Shown one piece after another: positions 11,798 through 22,347 of a stretch of DNA of 64,000 nucleotides; position 1 is the stretch's first letter; each line of letters begins with the position of its first letter. The notes under the pieces are model-generated. The model worked only from the letters and a program-made list of their open reading frames with translations. It was not told the DNA's origin and did no database searches. The DNA is from Spirochaetaceae bacterium (lineage in GTDB: Bacteria; Spirochaetota; Spirochaetia; DSM-2461), in the NCBI GenBank assembly GCA_051531975.1, contig JAOPTT010000003.1, forward strand, positions 237,119 to 301,118, in the 5' to 3' direction. A program made the position numbers and the translations under genes.

Positions 11798-13678
11798 TTA
11801 TCTGCGGTATACCATCTGGAACTCTGTAGTTCCACTTCTTAATATAGGATTAATATTCTTAATCTTAATCCTCCAAAGAGTTTTAACTCCCCAACTTCCC
11901 ATTTTATGATCATCTTCAGGAATCTCTTTAGGTTCTACCTCTAGGTTGTAGTTTTTATAATCCCAAGTCATATCAAACTGACCTTTACTTGACTCTATGG
12001 TTAATAGACCGGGCTTATCATTAGACAGTTTAGGTCTAGCTACAAACATAAAATTCCAACAGATGTTATTATTATCTTTTTCAAAACCATAAGAATCTAT
12101 TAATCTAATTGATGAGTTCTCCCTATTTAAAAACAATTGTCTATTCCAAAGGTTTACTCCGGACTTTATAGGATACGCATTTGATATGCTCATGGAAACA
12201 CTATCACCTGACTTATGGAAGTTGTCACATTCAAAGCTTTGTCCCACTTCCTGACAGGTTCCGTTAATAGTTGGTAGGTTATGCCAACCGGACTGCATGG
12301 TCCAGATTGCATAACGTTTATGATTAAATGTATCCTTTGTATAATCTCCAACCCCAGGGTCGATAACCATAGGTTCCCCATCGGCATAAATTACAAACTG
12401 ACCTACATCGTTATGGTTATGACACTCGTTATTATGTCCACCTTTACAGGCTAACATTAGTCCTGATTTGGTGTCATTAAATATGGCAATTTGCAGATCT
12501 TCAAAGAGGTCCGTTTCCAGTTTACCGGTATTAACATTTTCATCTAAACTGACGCTGGCAAATAGATTTCGAATCAGTCTGAATGATGAAAATGCCTCTT
12601 CGAAAACATCTTTGTTATCCAGATCCACTGGATTATTCTTTTGTGATTCTAATGCAAACTTTATTAATGATTGGTTGTTTACTGCTTTACCTATCCGGGC
12701 TATCAAACCATATGGAAGAGAGTCCAACTTACCGGAAGAGTCAGCAAAGTTTATAAAATAGTTTTCTGATATAAACATTCTTTCCAGATATGATGCAGCT
12801 TTTTTAAACCACTTATCCTGGAAAGGTTCTTCAGTACTATCACATGCAAAATTCAGAATATCCAGACAGTCATAAAGTGATCCGATGGAGTGGTTCCAAT
12901 AGGCAGGGCCTTCGTTACATCCACCATCAGCACTTAATGTTTCTAGATAATTATTGAGTATAGAAACAGCTCTGACAACACCTTGTTGTGGACTATATTT
13001 ACTCTTATTCAAAAGAAATAGAGTATGTAGAAAGTTGGAAGTTATCCAGGGATTCCAATTATTAACCGGTCCAAAACCAGGGGTTTCAACAAACCCCATC
13101 CACCACTGGGAACTGTTCTCCATATATGGTTGTATACACCTCTTATAACATTCCAATGTTACTCTTTCTACTAACCTTGGAACCTCTTTCATTAAAGGGT
13201 CTTTTAGAAGATGAACTGTCATAACCAAAAGGGAGGATGTATTAGCAGCAAAAAGATCCACTATATTATGATCCAAAGGGGGTAAATTTTCAGTTTGTGG
13301 CCAATTATGGGCTGGAACAACCCAGGTGGACTCTTCGCAGATACTACCCAGGGCATTAATTATTCCATCCAACATTTCAGGGGAATCCTCCCCAACACAA
13401 TGTGCCAGTACCATATGAATCAGCTTAATCCGTCTATCAAAATAGAGTTTTTGAAACCTTTTTCTGTTTCCAGTTCTATGAAAATCCATATAGAGGGTAG
13501 TAGGTATGTTACTCCATGGTTCTTGTAGTGCAGTTAAACCGGTTTTTTTAATCTCTTCTATCTTATTGATATCTAAAGATCTCCACCGGTTTTTAGATTT
13601 TGTGCCTGGTAGATAACTCTCTAGGTCGATAGTTTCTTTTAATCTGGCATCAACACTATTCAACCAATTTTGTAACAT
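11798..13678 (-). CDS. Heparinase II/III-like polysaccharide lyase
   Basis: NNWNPW, DGGCNEGPAYW, KGGHNNECHNHNDVG, IDPGVGDY, SGWHNLPTING motifs. Confidence 0.85.
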   Translation of the reverse strand: MLQNWLNSVDARLKETIDLESYLPGTKSKNRWRSLDINKIEEIKKTGLTALQEPWSNIPTTLYMDFHRTGNRKRFQKLYFDRRIKLIHMVLAHCVGEDSPEMLDGIINALGSICEESTWVVPAHNWPQTENLPPLDHNIVDLFAANTSSLLVMTVHLLKDPLMKEVPRLVERVTLECYKRCIQPYMENSSQWWMGFVETPGFGPVNNWNPWITSNFLHTLFLLNKSKYSPQQGVVRAVSILNNYLETLSADGGCNEGPAYWNHSIGSLYDCLDILNFACDSTEEPFQDKWFKKAASYLERMFISENYFINFADSSGKLDSLPYGLIARIGKAVNNQSLIKFALESQKNNPVDLDNKDVFEEAFSSFRLIRNLFASVSLDENVNTGKLETDLFEDLQIAIFNDTKSGLMLACKGGHNNECHNHNDVGQFVIYADGEPMVIDPGVGDYTKDTFNHKRYAIWTMQSGWHNLPTINGTCQEVGQSFECDNFHKSGDSVSMSISNAYPIKSGVNLWNRQLFLNRENSSIRLIDSYGFEKDNNNICWNFMFVARPKLSNDKPGLLTIESSKGQFDMTWDYKNYNLEVEPKEIPEDDHKMGSWGVKTLWRIKIKNINPILRSGTTEFQMVYRR

Positions 13679-13680
13679 AT

Positions 13681-14499
13681 TTACCCCTTAATTCCACTTG
13701 ATGCGATACCTGTAATAAAATATTTCTGCAGAGCTAAAAATAGTATCATTACAGGTACGATTGATACTAATGCCGCGGCCATCTGAGGCCCAAAATAGAT
13801 CTCATACTCTCCAACAAAATCTGTCATCCCCAATGGTAGAGTCTTCAATTCAGCATCAGCCAGGTAAATCAGAGCAGAGAAGAATTCATTCCAAAACCAC
13901 CTAAAAGAGAAAATTAGTACTGTCGCTATTACTGTTTTAGCAAGAGGCATTATAATATGTAAAAATATTGTCCACTCTTTAGCCCCGTCAATTCTTGCAG
14001 ACTCTAATAGTGAGTTTGGAATTGTCATAAAAAACTGTTTAATTAAAAAAGTTCCGAATACAGAAAACGAACCAACTAAAATAAGAGCTAAGTGGGTATT
14101 GTAGAGTCCAAGAGTTTTAATTATTACAAACTGGGGAATTATTATAACCTGTATTGGAATCATCATAGACATTAAATATAGGATAAATAGGGAGTCACGT
14201 CCCTTCCACTTTAGTTTAGCAAAAGCGTAGGCACTGGTTGTTGCTGTAATTAGCTGAATTGCTGTTGTAAAAAAAGTAACTTTTACAGAGTTCCAAATAT
14301 ATAGTGGAAACTTTGTTAGTTGTTTGAAATTAAATAGCCCCGAATCTTTTGTAAAAAGAGAGATAGGAGAATCAAAAATATCAATTTCGGTTTTAAAAGA
14401 TGCAGTTATAATAACATACAATGGTAACAGTATTAATAGTGTCATTAATATTAAAAAACACCATGATATAGATTTTTTTATAAGGTTATTAAATGTCAT
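13681..14499 (-). CDS. Carbohydrate ABC transporter permease (MalG-like)
   Basis: ESARIDGA EAA loop; about 6 TM segments. Confidence 0.93.
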   Translation of the reverse strand: MTFNNLIKKSISWCFLILMTLLILLPLYVIITASFKTEIDIFDSPISLFTKDSGLFNFKQLTKFPLYIWNSVKVTFFTTAIQLITATTSAYAFAKLKWKGRDSLFILYLMSMMIPIQVIIIPQFVIIKTLGLYNTHLALILVGSFSVFGTFLIKQFFMTIPNSLLESARIDGAKEWTIFLHIIMPLAKTVIATVLIFSFRWFWNEFFSALIYLADAELKTLPLGMTDFVGEYEIYFGPQMAAALVSIVPVMILFLALQKYFITGIASSGIKG

Positions 14500-15388
14500 A
14501 AGTCACCCACTTCTTCTGCTGTCTATACTGTAAAAGTGTTACAGTTAAAATGATAATTAAAAGCAATAAAGATTCTGCAGCAGCATATCCAAATCTATAG
14601 TTAATAAACGAGTTAATATAGACATCAAATACCACAACATTTGTTGAACCCGCTGGTCCACCACCTAACTGGCCGCCTGTCATCATAAATACCTGGCCAA
14701 AAACCTTAAAACTACCAATAATGGACATTGTTAAAGCAAAAAACATAGTAGGACTTAACATTGGAAGAGTAATTTTAAAAAATGTTGTAAAACTTCCGGC
14801 ACCATCAATAGACGCAGCTTCGTACAGGGATGTATTTATCGATTGTAATCCACCTAAAAAAATTATCATGTAGTATCCAAAAGTCATCCAGACTGTTACA
14901 AAAATAATTGTATATAAAGCAGTATCAGGGCTTGTAAGCCAAGATGATGCCTCTAATCCTAAAAAAAGCAGTAGTTTGTTAGCAGCACCACTATTAGGAT
15001 GAAAAATTAGGGAAAATGCCAATGAGATACCTACAGTAGACAGCACGTTTGGCATAAAAAAGAGACTTCTAAAGAACTTTTTACCACGGATGTTACCATT
15101 TAAAATTGAGGCGAATAATAAGCCCAAAACTATCTGGAATATCACAGTAATTATTACAAATTGAATTGTTATAGCTAAAGATTGTCTGAAAATTGAACTA
15201 TCTATTAATTGGGTGAAGTTTCTAAGCCCAACAAATTTCCATTTGGGACCACCTGAATAGTTAGTAAATGCAAAGCCTAATGTGGTTATCATTGGAATAA
15301 AAACAAAAAGTATAAAACCTGAAAACCCAGGTAAAAGAAAAGATAGAACAGTAAACCAGTTGGTTTTTTCTAAAGTCTTTTTTTTCAT
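14489..15388 (-). CDS. Carbohydrate ABC transporter permease (MalF-like)
   Basis: LYEAASIDGA EAA loop; TM segments. Confidence 0.93.
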   Translation of the reverse strand: MKKKTLEKTNWFTVLSFLLPGFSGFILFVFIPMITTLGFAFTNYSGGPKWKFVGLRNFTQLIDSSIFRQSLAITIQFVIITVIFQIVLGLLFASILNGNIRGKKFFRSLFFMPNVLSTVGISLAFSLIFHPNSGAANKLLLFLGLEASSWLTSPDTALYTIIFVTVWMTFGYYMIIFLGGLQSINTSLYEAASIDGAGSFTTFFKITLPMLSPTMFFALTMSIIGSFKVFGQVFMMTGGQLGGGPAGSTNVVVFDVYINSFINYRFGYAAAESLLLLIIILTVTLLQYRQQKKWVTYDI

Positions 15389-15409
15389 GCTGATCTCCTC
15401 CAGAGAGAA

Positions 15410-15439
15410 CTATAGCCCACCATTAAGGCAAGGCTATAG
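15410..15439 (-). terminator. Intercistronic stem-loop after SBP gene (mRNA stabiliser or partial terminator)
   Basis: CTATAGCC...GGCTATAG inverted repeat between the SBP stop and the permease RBS; no U-tract. Confidence 0.5.
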
Positions 15440-15447
15440 GTTTATTA

Positions 15448-16746
15448 TTAGTCAGTTGTATCAGATACTATCTGAAGCTCTTTTTCCATTGTTGATAAGT
15501 AGTCCACTTCTGCAATTTCACCTAATAAATACATCTCAGTAAACCGGCTTATTGTCTGCTCTACACGGCTTCCGTACTTATTATAGAACATAGGAAGAAC
15601 CGGAACATCTTCAAGGAAATATTCTAGGGATGCTGGATCTGTTACTGATTCAGATATTATTTCTTTAATATCACTGTTTACAACAGGGGGTAACAGTCCA
15701 AGTTTAGCGGCTGCCAATGCACCCTCTGAACCTGCGTACCATGATAATACCTTAAATGCTGCCTCTTTCTTTTTAGACCGAGATGAGATATGGCCAAACG
15801 TAGGAGCTCCAACAGTGTTATACATCGGAGAGTCACTAGGCATTCGTGTTATTCTGAAATCTTTCTCTTCCATTGCTACTACTTTTCCATCTTTAAAAGC
15901 GTTATGCATCATCCCTGCAAACCACTCTCCAATTATTAACATTGGAGCCATACCGCTATACATAACCTGGGAATAATGAGTTTTAGTAACTAAAAGATCA
16001 GTCATTGGTGTCATATCCTGTCCATCTTCTAAAGTTTTCCGAAGTTGAACTGATCTTAAAACACTCTCATCTAAATCTATTGTTCCATCAGCATTTATAA
16101 ACTGAACACCTTTTTGTGTTGCAGGAAAAACCTGCTGGCTTCCCCATGTATAGATACAGGAACCATATGTTTTACCATCGTTTTCTGAAACAGCCTGGGA
16201 TAGTTCAATAAATTTATCCCAAGTCCACTCTCCTTTTTCTACTAACTGTTGGGGAGTTGGAAGACCTTTATCAGTAAACGCTTTCTCGTTATAGTATGTA
16301 TAATATTTCCCAGCTCTAAATGGTAAACCTAATATGTCCTCATCTACTTTTAAAGCAGACTCCCAGGATTTAAGAGTAGAAAAATCAAATCCCTGACTTT
16401 CTATTAAGTTATTAAGTGGTTCGATATATCCATTTGCATTATGGGGAAACATATCTGTCTGCCGTTTCTGAAAATAGATATCCATCTCCATACCACCAGC
16501 TAAAAGTGTAGTTAACTTTGACTCATAATCTGCAGCCGAGATATATTTAGGATTGATAATCACATCTGTAGCCTGTGCATTATATGCATCAACCAGTTTG
16601 GAATTATCGTCATCACCATTTGACCATACATATAGGTCCACTGAAATGGGTCCCTCAGGTTTAGCTTCAGAACTCTCATTTGCACCATTTGCAAAGACCA
16701 CACACATTGGTAGAATTAGTAATAAAACAGCTATAATTTGTTTCAT
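15448..16746 (-). CDS. Sugar ABC transporter substrate-binding protein
   Basis: Signal peptide ending VFANGANE; YYN..F, WTWDKF motifs; adjacent to permeases. Confidence 0.9.
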   Translation of the reverse strand: MKQIIAVLLLILPMCVVFANGANESSEAKPEGPISVDLYVWSNGDDDNSKLVDAYNAQATDVIINPKYISAADYESKLTTLLAGGMEMDIYFQKRQTDMFPHNANGYIEPLNNLIESQGFDFSTLKSWESALKVDEDILGLPFRAGKYYTYYNEKAFTDKGLPTPQQLVEKGEWTWDKFIELSQAVSENDGKTYGSCIYTWGSQQVFPATQKGVQFINADGTIDLDESVLRSVQLRKTLEDGQDMTPMTDLLVTKTHYSQVMYSGMAPMLIIGEWFAGMMHNAFKDGKVVAMEEKDFRITRMPSDSPMYNTVGAPTFGHISSRSKKKEAAFKVLSWYAGSEGALAAAKLGLLPPVVNSDIKEIISESVTDPASLEYFLEDVPVLPMFYNKYGSRVEQTISRFTEMYLLGEIAEVDYLSTMEKELQIVSDTTD

Positions 16747-16871
16747 TTTTTTGACTCCTTTTTGTCATTTAATCTAAACTCAGTATGGAACCGAACATTG
16801 AAATCGGCATACTTTCAATTTTAACAAATAGTTGTAGATTTACTTTTTTAAACTCTAGAATTTAACAAAAA

Positions 16872-19127
16872 CTACAGTTTTGAACTCTTTCGTCTAAATT
16901 CCGCAGGAGTTTCACCTTTAATTCTCTTGAAACATGTAAAAAAAGAGTTGTAATTTGTAAACCCTGCTGGCTCATAAATCTCTTTTACAGAGTCACATGT
17001 TTCCAATAATAGACGGCAGGCCTCATCTATTCTTTTTGATACCAGGGAATCAGAGAGGGAGATACCGGTATGGTTTTTATATATTTGCCTTAAGTAGTTT
17101 GGAGAAAGGTCTAGTTTATCGGCAATAGATTGAACACAGCAGTTAACGTCTTTATAGTGCCCCTCTACATAGTTATGTATAAGGTTAAAATGTGTAATGC
17201 TTTTCCTGCCTGGTTTCTCCAGTTGTTTGAATACCGATTCTAAAATATCCTGAAATACTATTTTGAAATTATCCAAGGTTTCAAGAGTTTGAGGGGATGA
17301 AGCTATATTTTGTAATAAAGATTGAACCTCTTTTACATCCCTATCCTTTAAGAATCTCAGTATTCTGTAGACAAAGATTCTAATAAACTGAATAAAGTCC
17401 TGATAAGTACCACCCTTTAATATATTAACCAACTCTTCCAGTTTCTTTATAACACCTGCAATATCCCCTTGTCTCATAAATTGAAATAGGCGGTCAGAAA
17501 TATCCCCGGGGTAGATAATTGAACTCTTATCCTGATTCGAGTATGGAACTATAGCTCCAAATCCTGTTGAAAACTTTCCCCCAACAGCGGACAAAACTTT
17601 TGGATACATCTCTTTAAGTCTCAGTACATTCCAATTTTGTCTATGAATCCACGATATACTAACAGAACAGGAGAGATTTTGTTTTAAAGTGGTCTGTATA
17701 ACTTCCATTACCTTTAAATACTCTTCCGGTTCCCCTGAAAACAGACAGATAATATTTCTATTATCCATATCCACCAGTGTCTGAGTAAAATCCCATATGT
17801 TTTCCTGAATAATTTCTACAATGGATTTTCTAAAAGATCTAAGAGCTTCCGGCTCCATTTCTTGTGCAATTCTGTAATAGTTATCTATCTGAATTAAAAA
17901 CATGCTTAGAGGATTTCTAATAAGATCCATATCTTCAGTAGATAGTTCTTCTTCCCAACTGTGATACTCCTGTCCATCTATAATTGAACGCAATATTTCT
18001 AATCTATAATCATCCTGTAGATTTAATAATGTCCCTTCTAAAGATATATTTCTATTTAAAATATTTTTAAATTTATTTGAAATAAAACTCATCTCGTGAC
18101 TATCCCGATTGGTATAAGACGATTCTGTTGTAACATCACCTGCCATAATATGCATTAAGGAGTCTATTGGTTTGTAAACTTTTCTGGTTGCAAAATAAGA
18201 TAAAACAACACTTAAAAACAGTATACCAAGCATAATAATAAAAGATGTTCTACTAACTGTAAAAATCTCCTGATTAATATGATCCAAGGGTATAACTCCA
18301 ATAAAATACCAGCCTAAACTATAATTAAACTGATAAGAAACTAACTGATTATTAACGGTTATCAATGTACCACGCTCTTTGCCATGCTTTTTTAATAGGG
18401 GAAATATTGAGTTAAAATCTGTATTGCTACCCCTGTTGCTTTGACAAATCAGCTCACCCTGGCCATTTATTACAAAGATCTCATCACTTTGTGACCCATA
18501 CTTTGTACTTAACAGTTTATCCAGCTCCAAAACATCAATATTTGATATCAAAGCACCATTAAGGCGTCTGTTGTCCTTAGTTGGTATACCCATAAACAGA
18601 GTTAAAACAGGCAATGACCCTATAGCAGTATTTTGGGCGTAATGGACAGCATCCCTAGGCAGATAACTCTCTATCCGGTTACTGCCATGTTTATTGACAA
18701 TATTAAGAACATCTTTATCAAAAAAGTCTTCAGATTTTTGTAAACCATTAGATGTAGAAATAAAATAATCTTTCTGTCCATTATAAAGATATAGAGAGTC
18801 TATTAGAGGATATGTATATAATAATTGATCAAGAGTTGCTATTCCATCCAGCATTTCCCGCGTGGATATATCCTGCCCGTACATCAGCTTAAATAGATTA
18901 CGGTTATTATAACTTGCCTCTTTTAATCCCGGGATCAGTTGGGAATGCAGTACATCGAACATTTGACTGACCTGGGAAATTGAAGTCAGGGCTCTCTTGG
19001 AGAAAGCCCCTTCTATTATATGTTGTGTACTCCTAAAAAAAAGTCCCATAGAGAAGAGGACAACGAAACTGGTAACTAAAAGAAATAACCCTAATATTGT
19101 GGTAAAATAACTTTTTTTTTTACTCAA
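16872..19127 (-). CDS. Membrane-anchored Cache-sensor AraC regulator (YesS-like)
   Basis: Two TM segments flank an extracytoplasmic domain; C-terminal AGFTNYNSFFTCFKRIKGETP AraC HTH. Confidence 0.85.
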   Translation of the reverse strand: MSKKKSYFTTILGLFLLVTSFVVLFSMGLFFRSTQHIIEGAFSKRALTSISQVSQMFDVLHSQLIPGLKEASYNNRNLFKLMYGQDISTREMLDGIATLDQLLYTYPLIDSLYLYNGQKDYFISTSNGLQKSEDFFDKDVLNIVNKHGSNRIESYLPRDAVHYAQNTAIGSLPVLTLFMGIPTKDNRRLNGALISNIDVLELDKLLSTKYGSQSDEIFVINGQGELICQSNRGSNTDFNSIFPLLKKHGKERGTLITVNNQLVSYQFNYSLGWYFIGVIPLDHINQEIFTVSRTSFIIMLGILFLSVVLSYFATRKVYKPIDSLMHIMAGDVTTESSYTNRDSHEMSFISNKFKNILNRNISLEGTLLNLQDDYRLEILRSIIDGQEYHSWEEELSTEDMDLIRNPLSMFLIQIDNYYRIAQEMEPEALRSFRKSIVEIIQENIWDFTQTLVDMDNRNIICLFSGEPEEYLKVMEVIQTTLKQNLSCSVSISWIHRQNWNVLRLKEMYPKVLSAVGGKFSTGFGAIVPYSNQDKSSIIYPGDISDRLFQFMRQGDIAGVIKKLEELVNILKGGTYQDFIQFIRIFVYRILRFLKDRDVKEVQSLLQNIASSPQTLETLDNFKIVFQDILESVFKQLEKPGRKSITHFNLIHNYVEGHYKDVNCCVQSIADKLDLSPNYLRQIYKNHTGISLSDSLVSKRIDEACRLLLETCDSVKEIYEPAGFTNYNSFFTCFKRIKGETPAEFRRKSSKL

Positions 19128-21006
19128 TGATTAACCACTCCCTAGGTATCTCAATTTTCTCTGTTTTTCCAGAGATAGTAATAGTATCAGAAGTATTAAT
19201 ATTAATATTGGAAATATCATTTCTGAATTTTTCTAAGCCTGCACAAACTACCGAAGCCCACATTGCTATACCTGAAGATTGTCTTCGGATAAGGGATGGT
19301 ATAGCAGTTCTGGGAAATATCAGATTACTATTTGGTTCAGCAGCAATATTCCAGGCTTCCACACTGTTTTCTGATTTTTTGATTGTAATATTTTGAATAT
19401 GTGAGTAGTGCCCGTTACCGGTATAATAACTACTCTGCCCATTCAATAGTATGTTATCCTGAAGTTGTTTATCATCATCAATAGGGCAGACACATCCACC
19501 TTCACAGAATTCAATATCTTTATCAGTTTTAACCAGATGGATTCTAACCTGACATCCATCCATCCAGGTTTGTATAGTTCTAAATACAATACCGGAATTC
19601 AGCACCCAGTCAGAAGTAAGAGCTTTCTCTGTAAATTTGTGGTTTACTGTTTTCCCCCTATGTAACCAGAGCCCAAACTCTGTTTTTAACATTAGAGTAT
19701 TATCCCCACCCTGTTCAGAAATTTTACTGTTACCTGTGGGAACTGAGAATGCAAACCTACTGCTATAAGATAACTTTGAATATTTTTGTTTATTGTGTCT
19801 TGGTTCAAATCCTGCAAACTGCCCACCATTTAAGAAGGTAACATCTCCGGATATTTTATCACGGCAGACTAAAAACTTTGGGTGTTTCTGCAGAGAAACT
19901 TCAGGACCGTTAATTGGTAAGTCTTCCTCTTTGGCTAACCAGAAATCTGAATCATCTGCTAATGCCAGGACAAAAAATGTTTTCATCCCCCAATAGGGAC
20001 TTCCCGGTGCATTGTAACCCTCCGCCATTATTAAATTGGGGTATGAGTAACCAATGGATAGAAGCCCTGACTCTGTAAATATAGGTTGCCCAAACCACCA
20101 TCTAAAATGTCTTAATACCATACCTTTTATTATTCCCGGTGTTAACCAGTCACTATTTTCATGAAGGTTACAAAATGCAGCGGCGGACCAGAAACTTCCC
20201 TGGGCAAAACGGTATGTCTGGCTTCGTCCAAATGCTACAGCCTCTCCTCCTGGTGCAAACCACTCTTTAAAATCAACAGCAAAAATAGCTGCTCTCTCTT
20301 TAAAAACCAGAGACCGTTTTGGATCTTTTTTACCCATAATCCCCGCATACAACATACCGTAGAAATGCATTCCAAATGAGATATAGTAGTCAAACTGGTC
20401 GTTTTTACCATCAGAGTACCAGCCGTTTCCCAGGTAGTAACTCTCAAGTTCGGCAAAGTCCTTTTCAACCATTTCCTGGGAACCTGCACCACAAACAGAG
20501 TTTAGGCCTATATTTACAAATATACGGAAAAACAGCCAGTTATTTGCCGGATAGGCATGATCATTTACCGATTCAAACCATATTTTAAAATTATTCTGAT
20601 CTTTTAACTCCAACTTATTCCAAATAAGAAGTGGAGACATTATTAGAGAGAGACCTATAACCGCCATCTCTACAAATTTCTGATCTAGGTCAAATGTATC
20701 CCCCCAATAATCTTTATGGTTAGGATCAACTCCACATTTTAGCCCTTTAACTGCCATGGACAAAAAAGGATCTAATAGTTTTTCATCTGTACCACCTGCT
20801 ACTGCAGATAAAATACCCCAGAATGGTCTTGAATAACCTTCAAACCCTGCACCATTTACTGTATAAAAAGCTCTATTACTTCCGGGAATAACAAATGTAT
20901 TACTGTGGGAAAACCAGTTGGATAACGGTTTAATTAGGGATATTAAAGCTTCTGTAAGATCCTCTTTGCTGTTTATAGGATTATTCTCTATCTCTTTAAA
21001 TATCAT
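19120..21006 (-). CDS. DUF2264 family protein
   Basis: FEGYSRPFWG, DQKFVEMA, NNWLFF, GWYSDG, FGRSQTYRFAQ, YNAPGSPYW motifs. Confidence 0.85.
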   Translation of the reverse strand: MIFKEIENNPINSKEDLTEALISLIKPLSNWFSHSNTFVIPGSNRAFYTVNGAGFEGYSRPFWGILSAVAGGTDEKLLDPFLSMAVKGLKCGVDPNHKDYWGDTFDLDQKFVEMAVIGLSLIMSPLLIWNKLELKDQNNFKIWFESVNDHAYPANNWLFFRIFVNIGLNSVCGAGSQEMVEKDFAELESYYLGNGWYSDGKNDQFDYYISFGMHFYGMLYAGIMGKKDPKRSLVFKERAAIFAVDFKEWFAPGGEAVAFGRSQTYRFAQGSFWSAAAFCNLHENSDWLTPGIIKGMVLRHFRWWFGQPIFTESGLLSIGYSYPNLIMAEGYNAPGSPYWGMKTFFVLALADDSDFWLAKEEDLPINGPEVSLQKHPKFLVCRDKISGDVTFLNGGQFAGFEPRHNKQKYSKLSYSSRFAFSVPTGNSKISEQGGDNTLMLKTEFGLWLHRGKTVNHKFTEKALTSDWVLNSGIVFRTIQTWMDGCQVRIHLVKTDKDIEFCEGGCVCPIDDDKQLQDNILLNGQSSYYTGNGHYSHIQNITIKKSENSVEAWNIAAEPNSNLIFPRTAIPSLIRRQSSGIAMWASVVCAGLEKFRNDISNININTSDTITISGKTEKIEIPREWLIIE

Positions 21007-21007
21007 A

Positions 21008-22117
21008 TTAACTCTTCTGGGAACCTCTTTTTCTTAATAATGCTTCTAAGAAGTAATAATCTCCATAGATTATAGGTTTATCAACTTCATCATTTTCCGG
21101 TTTGCTTCCAACACTATGTTTCAGTAAGAAACAGTTATTTGCCCCAATTTCTGCTAAATACTCCCTCGAGGTTAAACTTGTAATTAATTTATCAGCAAAC
21201 TTCATGTACTTATCTGAATCCTCTTTTAAATATGTAACCATTTCATATAGACCTGAACTGATTATTGCAGCTGCAGAAGCATCCCTTGGAGCGTTAGGAA
21301 TATCTGTATCATCAAAATCCCAGTAAGGAACACCATCGGCCGGTAAGTTTTTATGATTCATAATCATATCAGCAACTTTCACTGCATGATCTAAAAACTT
21401 CTGATCCCCTGTTTCACGGTAACACATAGTATAACCATATATAGCCCAGGATTGACCACGGTTCCAGGTTGAGTCATTACTAAATCCCTGGTGGGTATGT
21501 CTGTGTAAAACTTCCCCATTTGTTGGATTATAATCTATAACGTGGTAGCAACTATTATCATCTCTAAATTGATTTTTTAGTGTTGTTTCAGCATGTGATA
21601 TTGCAATCTCTCTGTATTTCGGATTACCACTCTTTTTAGATGCCCAGAAAAGAAGTTCAAGGTTCATCATATTATCGATAATTACAGGGAACTGCCATTT
21701 ATCTTTGTTAAAATCCCAGGATCTGATACAACCAACATTAGGATCAAATCTGCTGCTTAGACTCTCTGCACTCTGAAGTATGATATCTATATATTCAGAA
21801 TTATCTGTTAACCTATACCCTGATCCGTAACTGCAGAACATTCTAAAACCAATATCATGGTCACCTTTATTAAACTGCTGTTTAATCAGTTTATCCGTAT
21901 ATTTTTCCGATGCAGTTTTCCAGAATTCATCCTTAGTGGATTCATATTGTTGCCATAAACATCCTGCAAAAAAACCACTAGTCCAATCTGCCGGTTCAAC
22001 CAACCTTATTGTTCCATCGTTATTTGTTGACCTTGGGATAAGATCTGAGCCGGCGATCTGTTTTAACATAGATCTCATCTGCTCTTCAGTATGTTTAAAA
22101 ATATTATTCAATTTCAT
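21008..22117 (-). CDS. GH88 unsaturated glucuronyl hydrolase
   Basis: WTSGFF, HDIGF, VIIDNMMNLELL, W.RGQ.WA.YG, DASAAAI, YGDYYFLEAL. Confidence 0.92.
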   Translation of the reverse strand: MKLNNIFKHTEEQMRSMLKQIAGSDLIPRSTNNDGTIRLVEPADWTSGFFAGCLWQQYESTKDEFWKTASEKYTDKLIKQQFNKGDHDIGFRMFCSYGSGYRLTDNSEYIDIILQSAESLSSRFDPNVGCIRSWDFNKDKWQFPVIIDNMMNLELLFWASKKSGNPKYREIAISHAETTLKNQFRDDNSCYHVIDYNPTNGEVLHRHTHQGFSNDSTWNRGQSWAIYGYTMCYRETGDQKFLDHAVKVADMIMNHKNLPADGVPYWDFDDTDIPNAPRDASAAAIISSGLYEMVTYLKEDSDKYMKFADKLITSLTSREYLAEIGANNCFLLKHSVGSKPENDEVDKPIIYGDYYFLEALLRKRGSQKS

Positions 22118-22347
22118 TCAATTCTCCTGTAGTGCATTTTGATTAGTATCAGCCTGATGTTATGTTTTGGATACTCATAATGTTAATGAATAGTTACCAA
22201 TTTAATTATGCTGTCGATATATGACCTGAATCCGTATAAAAAACCTTAAAAAACTCAATTCATTGTTGATTGTATAAAGAATACCACAGAGCAGTTAGAA
22301 GATATAGGCAGATTAATTTCTTCAGAAGGTAGTTACATTCCTGTAAC

